A stretch of 64,000 bases of DNA. Source: a virus. A program made the translations under genes and the position numbers. Shown piece after piece: positions 9,018 to 18,675 of the stretch. The notes beneath the pieces were generated by a model. That model was not told the DNA's origin. It did not search any database and saw nothing but the letters and a program-made list of their open reading frames with translations. Where the stretch lies: positions 21,962 to 85,961 of IMG/VR virus record IMGVR_UViG_3300042883_000668; one strand, 5' to 3'. Each line of letters opens with the position of its first letter. Position 1 is the stretch's first letter.

Positions 9018-9331
9018 TGAATGTACCTTGTTTATGTATAAATGATAAAAATAAACCTAATGAAATATTACCTGAAAACTGGATTATTGAAGGAACAAAA
9101 TATACAATAAATTATGTATATTACCATGTTAATCAAGGAATTCAAGGTGTTACTTTAAATGAAGTACAAACTAAATCATTAGAATATACAAGTTATAGAT
9201 TAGATAGATTTGCTTTTACTCAAGATGGTTTAAATCAATTAATAGAACTAATGAAAGAATGTACTGAATTAGGTAAGATTGACATTATGGAATTAATTGA
9301 AGAAAGTAATTTAAAACTAATAGAAAATTAA
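9017..9331 (+). CDS. hypothetical protein
   Basis: 104-aa ORF. Confidence 0.65.
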   Translation: MNVPCLCINDKNKPNEILPENWIIEGTKYTINYVYYHVNQGIQGVTLNEVQTKSLEYTSYRLDRFAFTQDGLNQLIELMKECTELGKIDIMELIEESNLKLIEN

Positions 9332-9506
9332 AATATTCTGCTGGTGGGGTAAGCAGGACAACAGAATGTCCCATTCATACTATTAGTAGTATGTTGTAAA
9401 AGTTGTACTCAGTGTACCCAGAGAATAAATGGGTGCTATTGGTTTCTGAAGAACAGGAAACACGGTTAACTGCAAGTTAAGTTATGACTGATGGAAAGAC
9501 ATCAAA

Positions 9507-9580
9507 TAGTCATATAGCTTAATGTAAAGCCCTAATTTGGATTAGGAAGATGCATGGTTCAAATCCTGCTGTGACTACAA
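9507..9580 (+). tRNA. tRNA-like element with non-canonical 6-nt anticodon loop (pseudo-tRNA)
   Basis: acceptor TAGTCATA/TGTGACTA, D-stem GCTT/AAGC, CCTAA-TTTGGA-TTAGG, GG-TTCAAAT-CC T-loop, ends CAA. Confidence 0.65.
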
Positions 9581-9686
9581 TTAAACAAAATAAGTTCTGT
9601 GAATATAGGTACAGAATAATTTAGATCCTCATTATTGAATAATGTGTATAAGCTTAGAGTGTTTAATTATCTCTAGACGTCAGAGT

Positions 9687-9717
9687 AAACCACTTAGGAA
9701 AATCCTAGGTGGTTTTT
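9687..9717 (+). terminator. intrinsic terminator-like hairpin
   Basis: AAACCACTTAGGA-AAA-TCCTAGGTGGTTTTT. Confidence 0.6.
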
Positions 9718-9750
9718 AATTTAAAAAACAATCACTAAAACAAAGAAATT

Positions 9751-10260
9751 ATGAACAGACTATTAGAAAAAAAAATTATTGAATATGAAGATATATACGA
9801 AATTAATAATTTAGGTATAATTAAAAACAAAATTACAAATAAAATTTTAAAATATAAATTACATAATAAAGGTTATTTTAGTATAAATTTATATAAAAAC
9901 AAAATTTCCAAAACTTATTTAGTTCATAGATTAATTGCTATTCATTTTATACCAAATCCTAATAATTATCCATGTGTTAATCATATTGATGGAAATAAAT
10001 TAAATAATAACTTAGAAAATTTGGAATGGTGTAGTTATAAAGAAAATAATCAACATGCTTATAATACAGGATTAAAAAAAATGTCAGATTATAATAAAGC
10101 AATTTTATCTAAAAAAGTAATAGATAATAATACAAAAGTTATTTACAATTCAATAAAAGAAGTAGCTGATTTATATAATATCAATTATGTAACTTTATGT
10201 TTTAAATTAAACGGTAGTTCAAAAAATAATACAAATTTTAAACTTTATACAAATGAATAA
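9751..10260 (+). CDS. HNH homing endonuclease (paralog of 6159..6668)
   Basis: VHRLIA...VNHIDGNKLNNNLENLEW...NNQHA. Confidence 0.9.
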   Translation: MNRLLEKKIIEYEDIYEINNLGIIKNKITNKILKYKLHNKGYFSINLYKNKISKTYLVHRLIAIHFIPNPNNYPCVNHIDGNKLNNNLENLEWCSYKENNQHAYNTGLKKMSDYNKAILSKKVIDNNTKVIYNSIKEVADLYNINYVTLCFKLNGSSKNNTNFKLYTNE

Positions 10261-10573
10261 TTTATTAAATAATTATTATAAAATGTTATATTTTATAAAA
10301 GGAAAACCTTCCAGATTAGAAAAACTAAGTAATTGGGAATTAAATGGTATATTGTTACACATTAACAAATATCCTCAAGGATTGCTTAATGGTTATGATA
10401 AATCAGAATACATTAATGCTGTAAAATACATCATTAAATGTAGAGCCAATGTTAAAAATCATAAAGAAGTAATGATTGAAACTAGATTAGCTAACAAAGC
10501 ATTAACTAATGCTGAAACACTATCTAATGAATTATTAAACATGATGATTAAAACAGAAAAACAATATGAATAA
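10253..10573 (+). CDS. hypothetical protein
   Basis: ORF overlapping neighbours. Confidence 0.6.
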   Translation: MNNLLNNYYKMLYFIKGKPSRLEKLSNWELNGILLHINKYPQGLLNGYDKSEYINAVKYIIKCRANVKNHKEVMIETRLANKALTNAETLSNELLNMMIKTEKQYE

Positions 10574-11030
10574 ATTAGCATTTGTAAAAGCATTGTGGTC
10601 ACCATTTAAACCATTTAAATTAAAATGGTATTGTGGTAAAATTGCAATAGGTACACCTTATTTTTATCCAAGAAGATGGAAAAATAATATGCCAATACCT
10701 AAAAAAATAGGATTTGATTTTGTAGAATTAGGATGGAAAACTAAATGGAGTAATACTGATTATAGGTTTGAATGGTATCCACTAATATCATTTGTATTCT
10801 TTGGTTATCAAATAGCTGTAATTATAAATGCTCCACATAGTAGTAATTATTGGGAATCTTGGTTGTATTATGAAAGAAATACTGATAAAACTAAATCTAA
10901 AAAAGAAAGAATTGAACAATGTAAATTAGAATTTTCTCAAAAATATACTTCACATTATTCAGATGGTAAAAAAGAAATAATAGATTATTATAAATTAATA
11001 TTAAAAAAGAAATATTTATGGACACAATAA
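10566..11030 (+). CDS. hypothetical phage protein (Trp/Tyr-rich)
   Basis: 154-aa ORF. Confidence 0.65.
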   Translation: MNKLAFVKALWSPFKPFKLKWYCGKIAIGTPYFYPRRWKNNMPIPKKIGFDFVELGWKTKWSNTDYRFEWYPLISFVFFGYQIAVIINAPHSSNYWESWLYYERNTDKTKSKKERIEQCKLEFSQKYTSHYSDGKKEIIDYYKLILKKKYLWTQ

Positions 11031-11108
11031 TTTTATTACAAACAAAATGGTGGGATTCATTTAACTATGAATTGTATAAAAAGTATTTAGAAACTAAAAT
11101 TAAATAAT

Positions 11109-11333
11109 ATGCAAAACAAAAGACAATCTTTGTCAAATGCTATTAGACAGCATGCTAAATTACATGCTAAGTATAAAGAATATTCTTTAAAAACTATTGA
11201 AGAATTAGAAGAAATGCTACCTATATTAGGTGGTGGTTACAAAGAAGTTTGTCTTTCAGTAATGAAAGAGAAATTTATAGAAAATTTAAAAGATAAACAA
11301 ACTGAAGAATTACCTGAAGGAGGTGTAGAATGA
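11109..11333 (+). CDS. hypothetical protein
   Basis: 74-aa ORF. Confidence 0.6.
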   Translation: MQNKRQSLSNAIRQHAKLHAKYKEYSLKTIEELEEMLPILGGGYKEVCLSVMKEKFIENLKDKQTEELPEGGVE

Positions 11334-11542
11334 TAAATAAAGATAAAGTATTAGAGATTATATCTAAAGGAAGTCCCGGAGAATTAGAACAAATACAAGT
11401 TATTGTTAAATATATCTTTGATAAAACTAAACAAGATATATCTGATAGACCAATTAATCCTCCTCAAGATCAAGGCATGTTCTTTTTAATGATGCACATG
11501 TATCAAACAGCTAAACAATATTATCAAACTGATGGAAGGTAA
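11330..11542 (+). CDS. hypothetical protein
   Basis: 70-aa ORF. Confidence 0.6.
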   Translation: MINKDKVLEIISKGSPGELEQIQVIVKYIFDKTKQDISDRPINPPQDQGMFFLMMHMYQTAKQYYQTDGR

Positions 11543-13364
11543 ATGGCAAAAAGTAATTTATGATGTTGAAGTTTATTCAAACTGTTTTCTTTGTGCTATT
11601 CAAGATGTGGATAGTAAAGAGAAAATAGTTTGGGAAATTTCAGATAGAATAAATGAATATGATAATGTTGTAGAATTTTTTAATAAGTTCAATCAATATC
11701 TTATTTCATTTAATGGAATACATTATGATAACTGTATAATGTTGTATATTATCCACAATAAGTTAGATAATGTGGATAATTATCTACAAAAGCTTAAAGC
11801 ATGGTCAGATTATATAATTAACAATGATTTTTGGTGGAATGACAAAGAATTAAGTAAATACAAATATCATAATAAATGGATAGACATAGATTTATTCTTA
11901 TATTGGAGTAAAATGCTTAGATTAAGTAAAAAGTTAAGCTTAAAAGGTCTTGCTATTCAACTTAATTACCCTGTAGTACAGGAATTACCATTTGATCCTG
12001 CAATGAGCTTAAATCATGCTCAAATTGATGAATTAAGGCACTATAATAGTGTACATGATTTAGGTATAACTGAATTACTATATAATTCAATGTTATCTGA
12101 TGTCAAGTTAAGGCAATATATCAATGAAACATATAACTTAAAATGTTATAGTTGGGATGCACCTAAAATGGCATCTGAATTATTGTTACAAGAATATTGT
12201 AAGATAACTAAAAAAGATCCAAAATATGTTAAATCACTTAAGTTTGAACATACTCACAAATTAGAATTACCTGAGATTAATTTTAAAATGGAATGTTTTA
12301 GAGATTTATATAATGAAATGTCAGATTCTTTAAATGAATTTAGCAAAGAAATTATTATAATTAAAAACAATACTACATTAAAATTAACTTATGGTAAAGG
12401 TGGTTTACATTCAGTTAACAAGAATGAATCTTATTTTGAAGATGATGATAATTGTATAGTAACAAGTGACATAGCTAGTTTATATCCAAATCTTATTATT
12501 AATTATAATCTTTTAAGACAACCTGAAGTATTAACTTTATATACTAATGTTAAATCTGATAGAATTAATGCTAAAAAAAATGGTGATAAATCTAAAGATG
12601 CTTTGTTAAAGTTAATTCTTAATTCAACTTCAGGTATGATTGACAATCAATATTCTTGGTTATATTATCCAGAAGGTGCAATGAAGCTTAGATTAATGGG
12701 TCAACTAATTCTTACTATGACAATAGAAAGATTGGTATTAGCTGATTATCAAGTAATTAGTGCAAATACAGATGGTATAGAAGTTATTGTTCCTAAAGAT
12801 AAAGTATTAGAATATAAAGCAATTGTTGATCAAGTTGGTAAAGAATTTAACTTAGAGTTTGAGCATGATACTTATCAAAAGATTATCTACATGAATGTAA
12901 ATAATTATTTAGCTGAAGGATCTAAACTTAAACAAAAAGGATTATTTGTTGAGAAACCTGAATTAGGTAATAGTGTAGATTATCTTATTATACCTAAAGC
13001 ATTAAAAGCTTATTACATAGATAATGTACCTGTTAAACAATTTGTTGAATTACATACAAATATATTTGACTTTTGTTGTTCACAAAAAGTAGACAAGTCT
13101 TATCATGTTGAATGGACTTCACCTAATTTTATTAAATCTAAACAACAAAGATTAAATAGGTTTTATGCATCAACTAAAGGTGGATACATTTACAAATGTA
13201 GACATGGTAAATCTAATCATTTATTAAAAGATTCAGGTGTAATGATTTACAACAATCATAATCCAGATGTATTTCCTACAGATATTAATTACAAATTTTA
13301 TATATCTCAAATTAACAAAATAATTAAAGATATAAGTAATAAAAATCAACTTAATTTATTTTAA
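11532..13364 (+). CDS. family B DNA polymerase with 3'-5' exonuclease domain
   Basis: ExoI YDVE, ExoII FNGIHYD, motif A SDIASLYPN, motif B KLILNSTSG, motif C ANTDG. Confidence 0.93.
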   Translation: MEGKWQKVIYDVEVYSNCFLCAIQDVDSKEKIVWEISDRINEYDNVVEFFNKFNQYLISFNGIHYDNCIMLYIIHNKLDNVDNYLQKLKAWSDYIINNDFWWNDKELSKYKYHNKWIDIDLFLYWSKMLRLSKKLSLKGLAIQLNYPVVQELPFDPAMSLNHAQIDELRHYNSVHDLGITELLYNSMLSDVKLRQYINETYNLKCYSWDAPKMASELLLQEYCKITKKDPKYVKSLKFEHTHKLELPEINFKMECFRDLYNEMSDSLNEFSKEIIIIKNNTTLKLTYGKGGLHSVNKNESYFEDDDNCIVTSDIASLYPNLIINYNLLRQPEVLTLYTNVKSDRINAKKNGDKSKDALLKLILNSTSGMIDNQYSWLYYPEGAMKLRLMGQLILTMTIERLVLADYQVISANTDGIEVIVPKDKVLEYKAIVDQVGKEFNLEFEHDTYQKIIYMNVNNYLAEGSKLKQKGLFVEKPELGNSVDYLIIPKALKAYYIDNVPVKQFVELHTNIFDFCCSQKVDKSYHVEWTSPNFIKSKQQRLNRFYASTKGGYIYKCRHGKSNHLLKDSGVMIYNNHNPDVFPTDINYKFYISQINKIIKDISNKNQLNLF

Positions 13365-13365
13365 T

Positions 13366-13812
13366 ATGGAAATAAGAGTTGGAATAGAATATTTATCTAA
13401 ATCAGGTAAAAGTGGTTGTGTATTTGAAGTTGAAAAAGGAAATATTAAAGTTTATTTTAATGATAATAAATCTGATGTAGGAAGTGATACTATTAAAATT
13501 TTTACTAAATATTTTGAAAAAGGAAGTTTTAAATTATTACATTATCCTTATAAAGTAGGAGATTGGGTTTATGATATTAATGATGAATATACTAAAAGTC
13601 ATAATACACCTAAAATTACTCAAATTACTCAAATAAGAGGAGAAGATAATTATTCAAGATATTATGTTAATAATGAAGATTCTGGAGTAACTGAACAATA
13701 TTTTCAATTAGAATACAGACCTTGTTTTGATTATGAAATACCTGGTCAAAAGATTAAAAAAGAAAGTATGACTTATTTAATAAAATTTTTAAAAAAAAGA
13801 GGAATAATATAA
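13366..13812 (+). CDS. hypothetical protein
   Basis: 148-aa ORF. Confidence 0.6.
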   Translation: MEIRVGIEYLSKSGKSGCVFEVEKGNIKVYFNDNKSDVGSDTIKIFTKYFEKGSFKLLHYPYKVGDWVYDINDEYTKSHNTPKITQITQIRGEDNYSRYYVNNEDSGVTEQYFQLEYRPCFDYEIPGQKIKKESMTYLIKFLKKRGII

Positions 13813-13821
13813 ACAATAAAT

Positions 13822-14613
13822 ATGGAAAAACAAATGCTTGATGTCCTAAATAAAACCTATGAAAATAGGATATTAAGGAAAAAAACTGTACCTTTATTCA
13901 TGTCAAATCCAGGTATAGGTAAGACTACAATCATTAAAAATTTTGTAGAAGAAAAAGGTGTTAACATGGTTAAGATAACACTAAGTCAAAGAATGCCTAA
14001 TGAGGTAGTAGGTATGGTTATGCCTGATGTAAAAAGTGGTAAATTATTAGTGTATGATAGTTATGAATTAAACTCTTTAAAAGATGGTGATATATTATTT
14101 TTTGACGAAGTATTTAATGGTACTCTAAAACAAACTTTAGATGCTGTATTAAACTTGTTAGAAGATAGAATGTTACCTTCGGGTAAAAAGTTAGCTGATG
14201 TAATGATTGTTGCAGCAAGTAATCCTCAAGGATTAATTAACTTGACTCCTCAGATTAAAGAAAGATTTATTAAATATGATTTGAAATTTGATTCTGCAGA
14301 GTATCAAGTTTTGATGAAAGATAAATATGGTATGCCTAATAGTATTTCTTCTCATTTGTGTACATTAATTAATAAAGAGAAATTTGATAGTGCCTCATGG
14401 GATTATGTAACTCCTAGAAGTGTTGAGAAAGCAATAAACCAAATTGGTTGTGACTTAGAAAGTCCTTATGGAGATTTGTTAATCCCTTATCTTAGTCAGA
14501 AAATAATATCTCCTACAGATATTAAATCTATTAATGTAAGTAAAGGAGATGAAGTTGAATATATAAATTTACTAAAACTAATAATAAAAAATGATAACAA
14601 AAATCACAAGTAA
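13822..14613 (+). CDS. MoxR-like AAA+ ATPase
   Basis: Walker A SNPGIGKT, Walker B LFFDE, sensor AASNP, TPRS. Confidence 0.85.
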   Translation: MEKQMLDVLNKTYENRILRKKTVPLFMSNPGIGKTTIIKNFVEEKGVNMVKITLSQRMPNEVVGMVMPDVKSGKLLVYDSYELNSLKDGDILFFDEVFNGTLKQTLDAVLNLLEDRMLPSGKKLADVMIVAASNPQGLINLTPQIKERFIKYDLKFDSAEYQVLMKDKYGMPNSISSHLCTLINKEKFDSASWDYVTPRSVEKAINQIGCDLESPYGDLLIPYLSQKIISPTDIKSINVSKGDEVEYINLLKLIIKNDNKNHK

Positions 14614-15526
14614 AAAAATAGAAATACCCCCAATATTTCTAATTGAAAATGAGGAAGATTTTAAAAATCTACCTAAGGGAATACCATACATCATAGGTAC
14701 TCAAGCAGAATTAAAGTTTATAACTGTATTCTTAGAATTCCAAGTATTATACAAATCTTGTTTAAATACAGGTATACCAATTAAATGGTTAGATTGTTTA
14801 AGAAAGATTGGATATAATAATGTTAGAGATTATGAACTACATTCTGGTGGATTCTATACTGATGGTGGTTCAGGGCAATATGCAATAAACATAGATAATT
14901 TTGTTGAAGATCAATATTTTGTTGATTTTGATGAATTATCTAAATTAAAAATCTTACCAGTTTGGTTAGAAGATATTAAAGCTAGTATTGAAACTAACAT
15001 CGTTGATGAAGTTACTTTTGATCCTACAGCATTTAATAAACAATTAGGAATAAACATTGGCTATAGTAACATTAAACATAATATGAAGAATCTATTAATA
15101 CTAGATATTTCATCATCTATGCCTCCATCAGTAGTATTAACTATTACTAATTTGGCTAAATTAATGTCTAAGAAATTCTATGCAGATGTAATCTTAACAG
15201 GTAGAAGAAGTTATTTAATAGATTATGATGATGTACCTAATACTGACATTGTAGGAGCTGTAAAGTCATATGGTGGTGGTAATGAAGGAGATATGTATCT
15301 AGAGATTATTAAAGAACACAAAGAATATAACACAGTTATTTCTTTTGGTGATAATGATGCTCCTTCATATTATGCTAAGAATGGAGATATATGTAATTTT
15401 AAAGTTCAAACTTTATATTCATTACATACTGAAAAAACAAGTAACAATATTACTGGCTATGCTAGGTGTTTTGAACCTAAAAATACAAACATAGTGAGAA
15501 GTTGGATTAATACAATAAACAAATAA
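14591..15526 (+). CDS. vWA (MIDAS) domain protein
   Basis: LILDISSSM (DxSxS), GGGNE, ISFGD; adjacent to MoxR-like ATPase. Confidence 0.7.
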   Translation: MITKITSKKIEIPPIFLIENEEDFKNLPKGIPYIIGTQAELKFITVFLEFQVLYKSCLNTGIPIKWLDCLRKIGYNNVRDYELHSGGFYTDGGSGQYAINIDNFVEDQYFVDFDELSKLKILPVWLEDIKASIETNIVDEVTFDPTAFNKQLGINIGYSNIKHNMKNLLILDISSSMPPSVVLTITNLAKLMSKKFYADVILTGRRSYLIDYDDVPNTDIVGAVKSYGGGNEGDMYLEIIKEHKEYNTVISFGDNDAPSYYAKNGDICNFKVQTLYSLHTEKTSNNITGYARCFEPKNTNIVRSWINTINK

Positions 15527-15555
15527 ATATAAACCCTAAAACCCAAAAACAAAAA

Positions 15556-16044
15556 ATGGAATTTTTAACAGCAAAACAGTTAGATTTGAATGCAGCAGGT
15601 TACTTAATCAGTAAAGACTCTAAGAAACCAGTAAATCATGAAGCTTTTGTTAGACAACAAAAAGCAGCAGAGTATATTGTTAAATTAGCAGAAGCTATTA
15701 AAGACAAAAACTTTAAACCAGGTAAAGTAGATAACTTGTCAGCAATTAAAGCTGAAGTATTAGCAGCTATTAATGATACAGCTAAATCTTATGTAGCTAT
15801 GCCTGCTAAACCAACTAGTAAAGTACAAGATGAATTAGTTAAATATGCATTAGATTTTGTTAATTATGAAAGTTCTAAAGTAGAAACTTCAAGAATTAAT
15901 GAGATTATGAATGAGTATAACAAAATTGATGATGTAGAATCAGTTGGTGATTACTTTTCTGAAGGTGTAGTAAAATTAAATGCTATCTATAATATTAAAA
16001 CTATTTTAGCAGCAGTTAATATTACAGCAGAAAAATTAAAATAA
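15556..16044 (+). CDS. hypothetical protein
   Basis: 162-aa Ala/Lys-rich ORF. Confidence 0.7.
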   Translation: MEFLTAKQLDLNAAGYLISKDSKKPVNHEAFVRQQKAAEYIVKLAEAIKDKNFKPGKVDNLSAIKAEVLAAINDTAKSYVAMPAKPTSKVQDELVKYALDFVNYESSKVETSRINEIMNEYNKIDDVESVGDYFSEGVVKLNAIYNIKTILAAVNITAEKLK

Positions 16045-16131
16045 TATAATAAATTAGGTATTAATCTGCCGGGACAGGGATTAATTAAATGTGATTAATG
16101 ACCACAGCCTATTTATTTTAAAACAAACTAA

Positions 16132-16869
16132 ATGAAAGAACAAATTGATAGTGCTATTGAAATATTAAAAAAACAAGAGATTAATGGATGTATTACAGGT
16201 TCATGTCTTTTAGATTACTTTGAAGGACAAGACATTGATTTATTTACTTATGATAAAGCTAGTTTTACAAAACTACTTTGGTTTATGTATTATAATCCAA
16301 TGTTTAATATCTTAGATCCTTTAGAAAAACATAAGTTTGATGAGTTTACTAATGAAGATAAATCATCTTTAGATTCATTAGGATTAATTACAATCAAATT
16401 TAAATATAATTTATGTGTAGATGTAAATGTTATATTTAAAAAGTTTAACAAAACTTGTTTTGATGTAGTTAGTAACTTTGACTTAGATATTATAACAACA
16501 GCTTATGATATTAAGACAGGTAAAACAATGACTTTAAGAGAATCTACAGGTAAAGAAGGTACATGGAATAAGTGGAATAGTACATTTTATAGATGTAATT
16601 TCTGGGGTACTAAACGTCTTTTAAGACAGTTTGAAAGAGTAGTTAAATATACACAAAGAGGTTATGACTTAAGTTCTGTAACTGATAAGTATATTGAAAT
16701 TATAGAAGAAATTATTTTAACTGATAATTTTTATAAATCAGAAAAAGGTAATAAGTATTTTGAAGATACTATTGAACAATTTGAAGTTGTACTAAAGATT
16801 CTTAAAGTTTGGAAAAGAGATCTAAGTATTACTCCAGAGCAATTATTAACATTAAAAACAATTATATAA
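16132..16869 (+). CDS. Pol-beta-superfamily nucleotidyltransferase (CCA/poly(A) polymerase head-like)
   Basis: ITGS-x9-DIDLF; later NFDLDI..AYD resembling the class II DFTINA.AYD motif. Confidence 0.65.
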   Translation: MKEQIDSAIEILKKQEINGCITGSCLLDYFEGQDIDLFTYDKASFTKLLWFMYYNPMFNILDPLEKHKFDEFTNEDKSSLDSLGLITIKFKYNLCVDVNVIFKKFNKTCFDVVSNFDLDIITTAYDIKTGKTMTLRESTGKEGTWNKWNSTFYRCNFWGTKRLLRQFERVVKYTQRGYDLSSVTDKYIEIIEEIILTDNFYKSEKGNKYFEDTIEQFEVVLKILKVWKRDLSITPEQLLTLKTII

Positions 16870-17588
16870 TGAAACATTTAACAATAAACAATTATAATGA
16901 AGCTGAGTTATTAGCAATACCTGTTCCAGCTAAGACTTTAAGTTATAGTCCTATTTCACATGGGGAAATAATAGAAGGTATTAAAGAGCAGTTAGATATT
17001 AAAGGTTTTAAAATTAAAACTACTAATTATCATGCTAATCATGAAGGTACTAAACTAATAGGTTACTATGGTATAGAACATACTGATAGTGAGTTAGGTA
17101 TTATGATAGCTTTTAGAAATAGTTATAATAAAACTATGTCTGCAGGATTAGCAATAGGTGGACAAGTATGGATTTGTTCAAATGGTATAGTATCAGGAGA
17201 TATTTCTTTAATTAGAAAACATACTGGTGCAGCTAGTTCAGTTGTTAAAAATAAAATTATAGATTCTATCAATGAATTTGATGTTTCATTTAATTCTATT
17301 ATTGCTGATAGAAATTTAATGAAAGAAAGAGATATAACAAAAAAGACTTGTTCTGAATTGTTAGGTAGAATGTATATTGAAGAAAAAATGATAACATCTA
17401 CTCAGTTAGATATTATCAAGAATGAGTTATATTATTCAAAAGATTTTACAAATGATACTGTTTGGGATTTTTATAATAATATTACAGAAAGTTTAAAAAC
17501 AAGTACTCTCAATAACTATTTAGGTGACCATGTTAAAGTACATAACTTTATAAAAAAAGAATTATTAACCTTAAAAACATTAGCATAA
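16869..17588 (+). CDS. DUF932-like protein
   Basis: YSPISH...FRNSYNKTMS...G.QVWICSNG...RKHT; ATG at 16869 overlaps upstream stop. Confidence 0.7.
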   Translation: MKHLTINNYNEAELLAIPVPAKTLSYSPISHGEIIEGIKEQLDIKGFKIKTTNYHANHEGTKLIGYYGIEHTDSELGIMIAFRNSYNKTMSAGLAIGGQVWICSNGIVSGDISLIRKHTGAASSVVKNKIIDSINEFDVSFNSIIADRNLMKERDITKKTCSELLGRMYIEEKMITSTQLDIIKNELYYSKDFTNDTVWDFYNNITESLKTSTLNNYLGDHVKVHNFIKKELLTLKTLA

Positions 17589-17770
17589 TGAGTGAAATAG
17601 ATAACTTATTAAATGAATTAAGAAATATGAAAGCTGAGGCTAAAGCACATTTACTTAATAACAAAGAAACATGGAGTAAAATAGGAAACAAAGATTTATC
17701 TGGTTTAGGTTTTAACTCTGTTGATGAATTACAAGCATGGTTGCTTGAAAACCCTTATAGCAATATTTAA
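17588..17770 (+). CDS. hypothetical protein
   Basis: 60-aa ORF. Confidence 0.6.
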   Translation: MSEIDNLLNELRNMKAEAKAHLLNNKETWSKIGNKDLSGLGFNSVDELQAWLLENPYSNI

Positions 17771-17772
17771 TT

Positions 17773-18024
17773 ATGAGAAAGTTTATAACAGATAATGATA
17801 TTTCTTTTGAGCCAGGCTCAAGAAATAGTAGTGTAGTAACACTTATTGGATATGCTCAACATTTAGGATTAATGCAAGAGCAATTAGAAGATGAATTAAA
17901 TGATGAAATTAAAGCTGATGGATTTATTGGAACTGAAATAGATAGACTTTGGGATTATTGCAAAGGTAGTAATTACAAAAAGTGGTGGTCAACTAAACAA
18001 GCTAAAGCTCAATATAAATTCTAA
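17773..18024 (+). CDS. stand-alone primase C-terminal (PriCT-like) helical domain
   Basis: F.PGSRNSSVVTLIGYA..LGL motif resembling PriCT G.RN..L. Confidence 0.5.
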   Translation: MRKFITDNDISFEPGSRNSSVVTLIGYAQHLGLMQEQLEDELNDEIKADGFIGTEIDRLWDYCKGSNYKKWWSTKQAKAQYKF

Positions 18025-18190
18025 TGAAAACTTTTGTATTTATTCAGAAAAATAGTAGTGTTGTAGTAAGTTTATCTGCAGAATCATTTGAAGAAGCTGA
18101 AAAATTATTATTTGAAACAGTTGTTTCAGATTATGGTTGGAAAGTTGAAAATGAAGAAGGTGAAGAACAACAATATTAAAAACAAATATT

Positions 18191-18664
18191 ATGAAAAGTT
18201 TTCTTTTAAAATCAAATGCTCCTATTGTAAAATGGTCTATGGTTCCAGATAATACATTTTTTGAAGGTTCTGTACCAGAAGGTTATGCGTTAGCAGTAGC
18301 ACCATCAGATAATTATATTATACTAGATATTGATGTTAAGAACGATAAGAATGGTTATGAATTCATACCTGATAATATTTTATCTGAATTACAACAATCA
18401 TTTATGTATAATACTAAATCAGGTGGAGCTCATTGTTGGCTTAATTATACAGGAGATAAGCAACTTTTAAATAAAGCCACTAAGTATGGCTTAGATTTAA
18501 GAGTTGCTAAAGGTTCTTATGCAATGGGTTATGTTAAGTATCCACATAATGTAGATATTAGACAATGTATCCATTTAATCAAGGAAACTTCTTCTGATAT
18601 GAATAATTGGCTAGAATCATTATTTCAAGGAGTAAAAGTAGATAATCAAATAAATAACAAATAA
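18191..18664 (+). CDS. bifunctional primase-polymerase (Prim-Pol, AEP) catalytic domain
   Basis: IILDIDVK, TKSGGAHCW, GLDLR..GYV motifs. Confidence 0.8.
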   Translation: MKSFLLKSNAPIVKWSMVPDNTFFEGSVPEGYALAVAPSDNYIILDIDVKNDKNGYEFIPDNILSELQQSFMYNTKSGGAHCWLNYTGDKQLLNKATKYGLDLRVAKGSYAMGYVKYPHNVDIRQCIHLIKETSSDMNNWLESLFQGVKVDNQINNK

Positions 18665-18675
18665 AACAAAAACAA

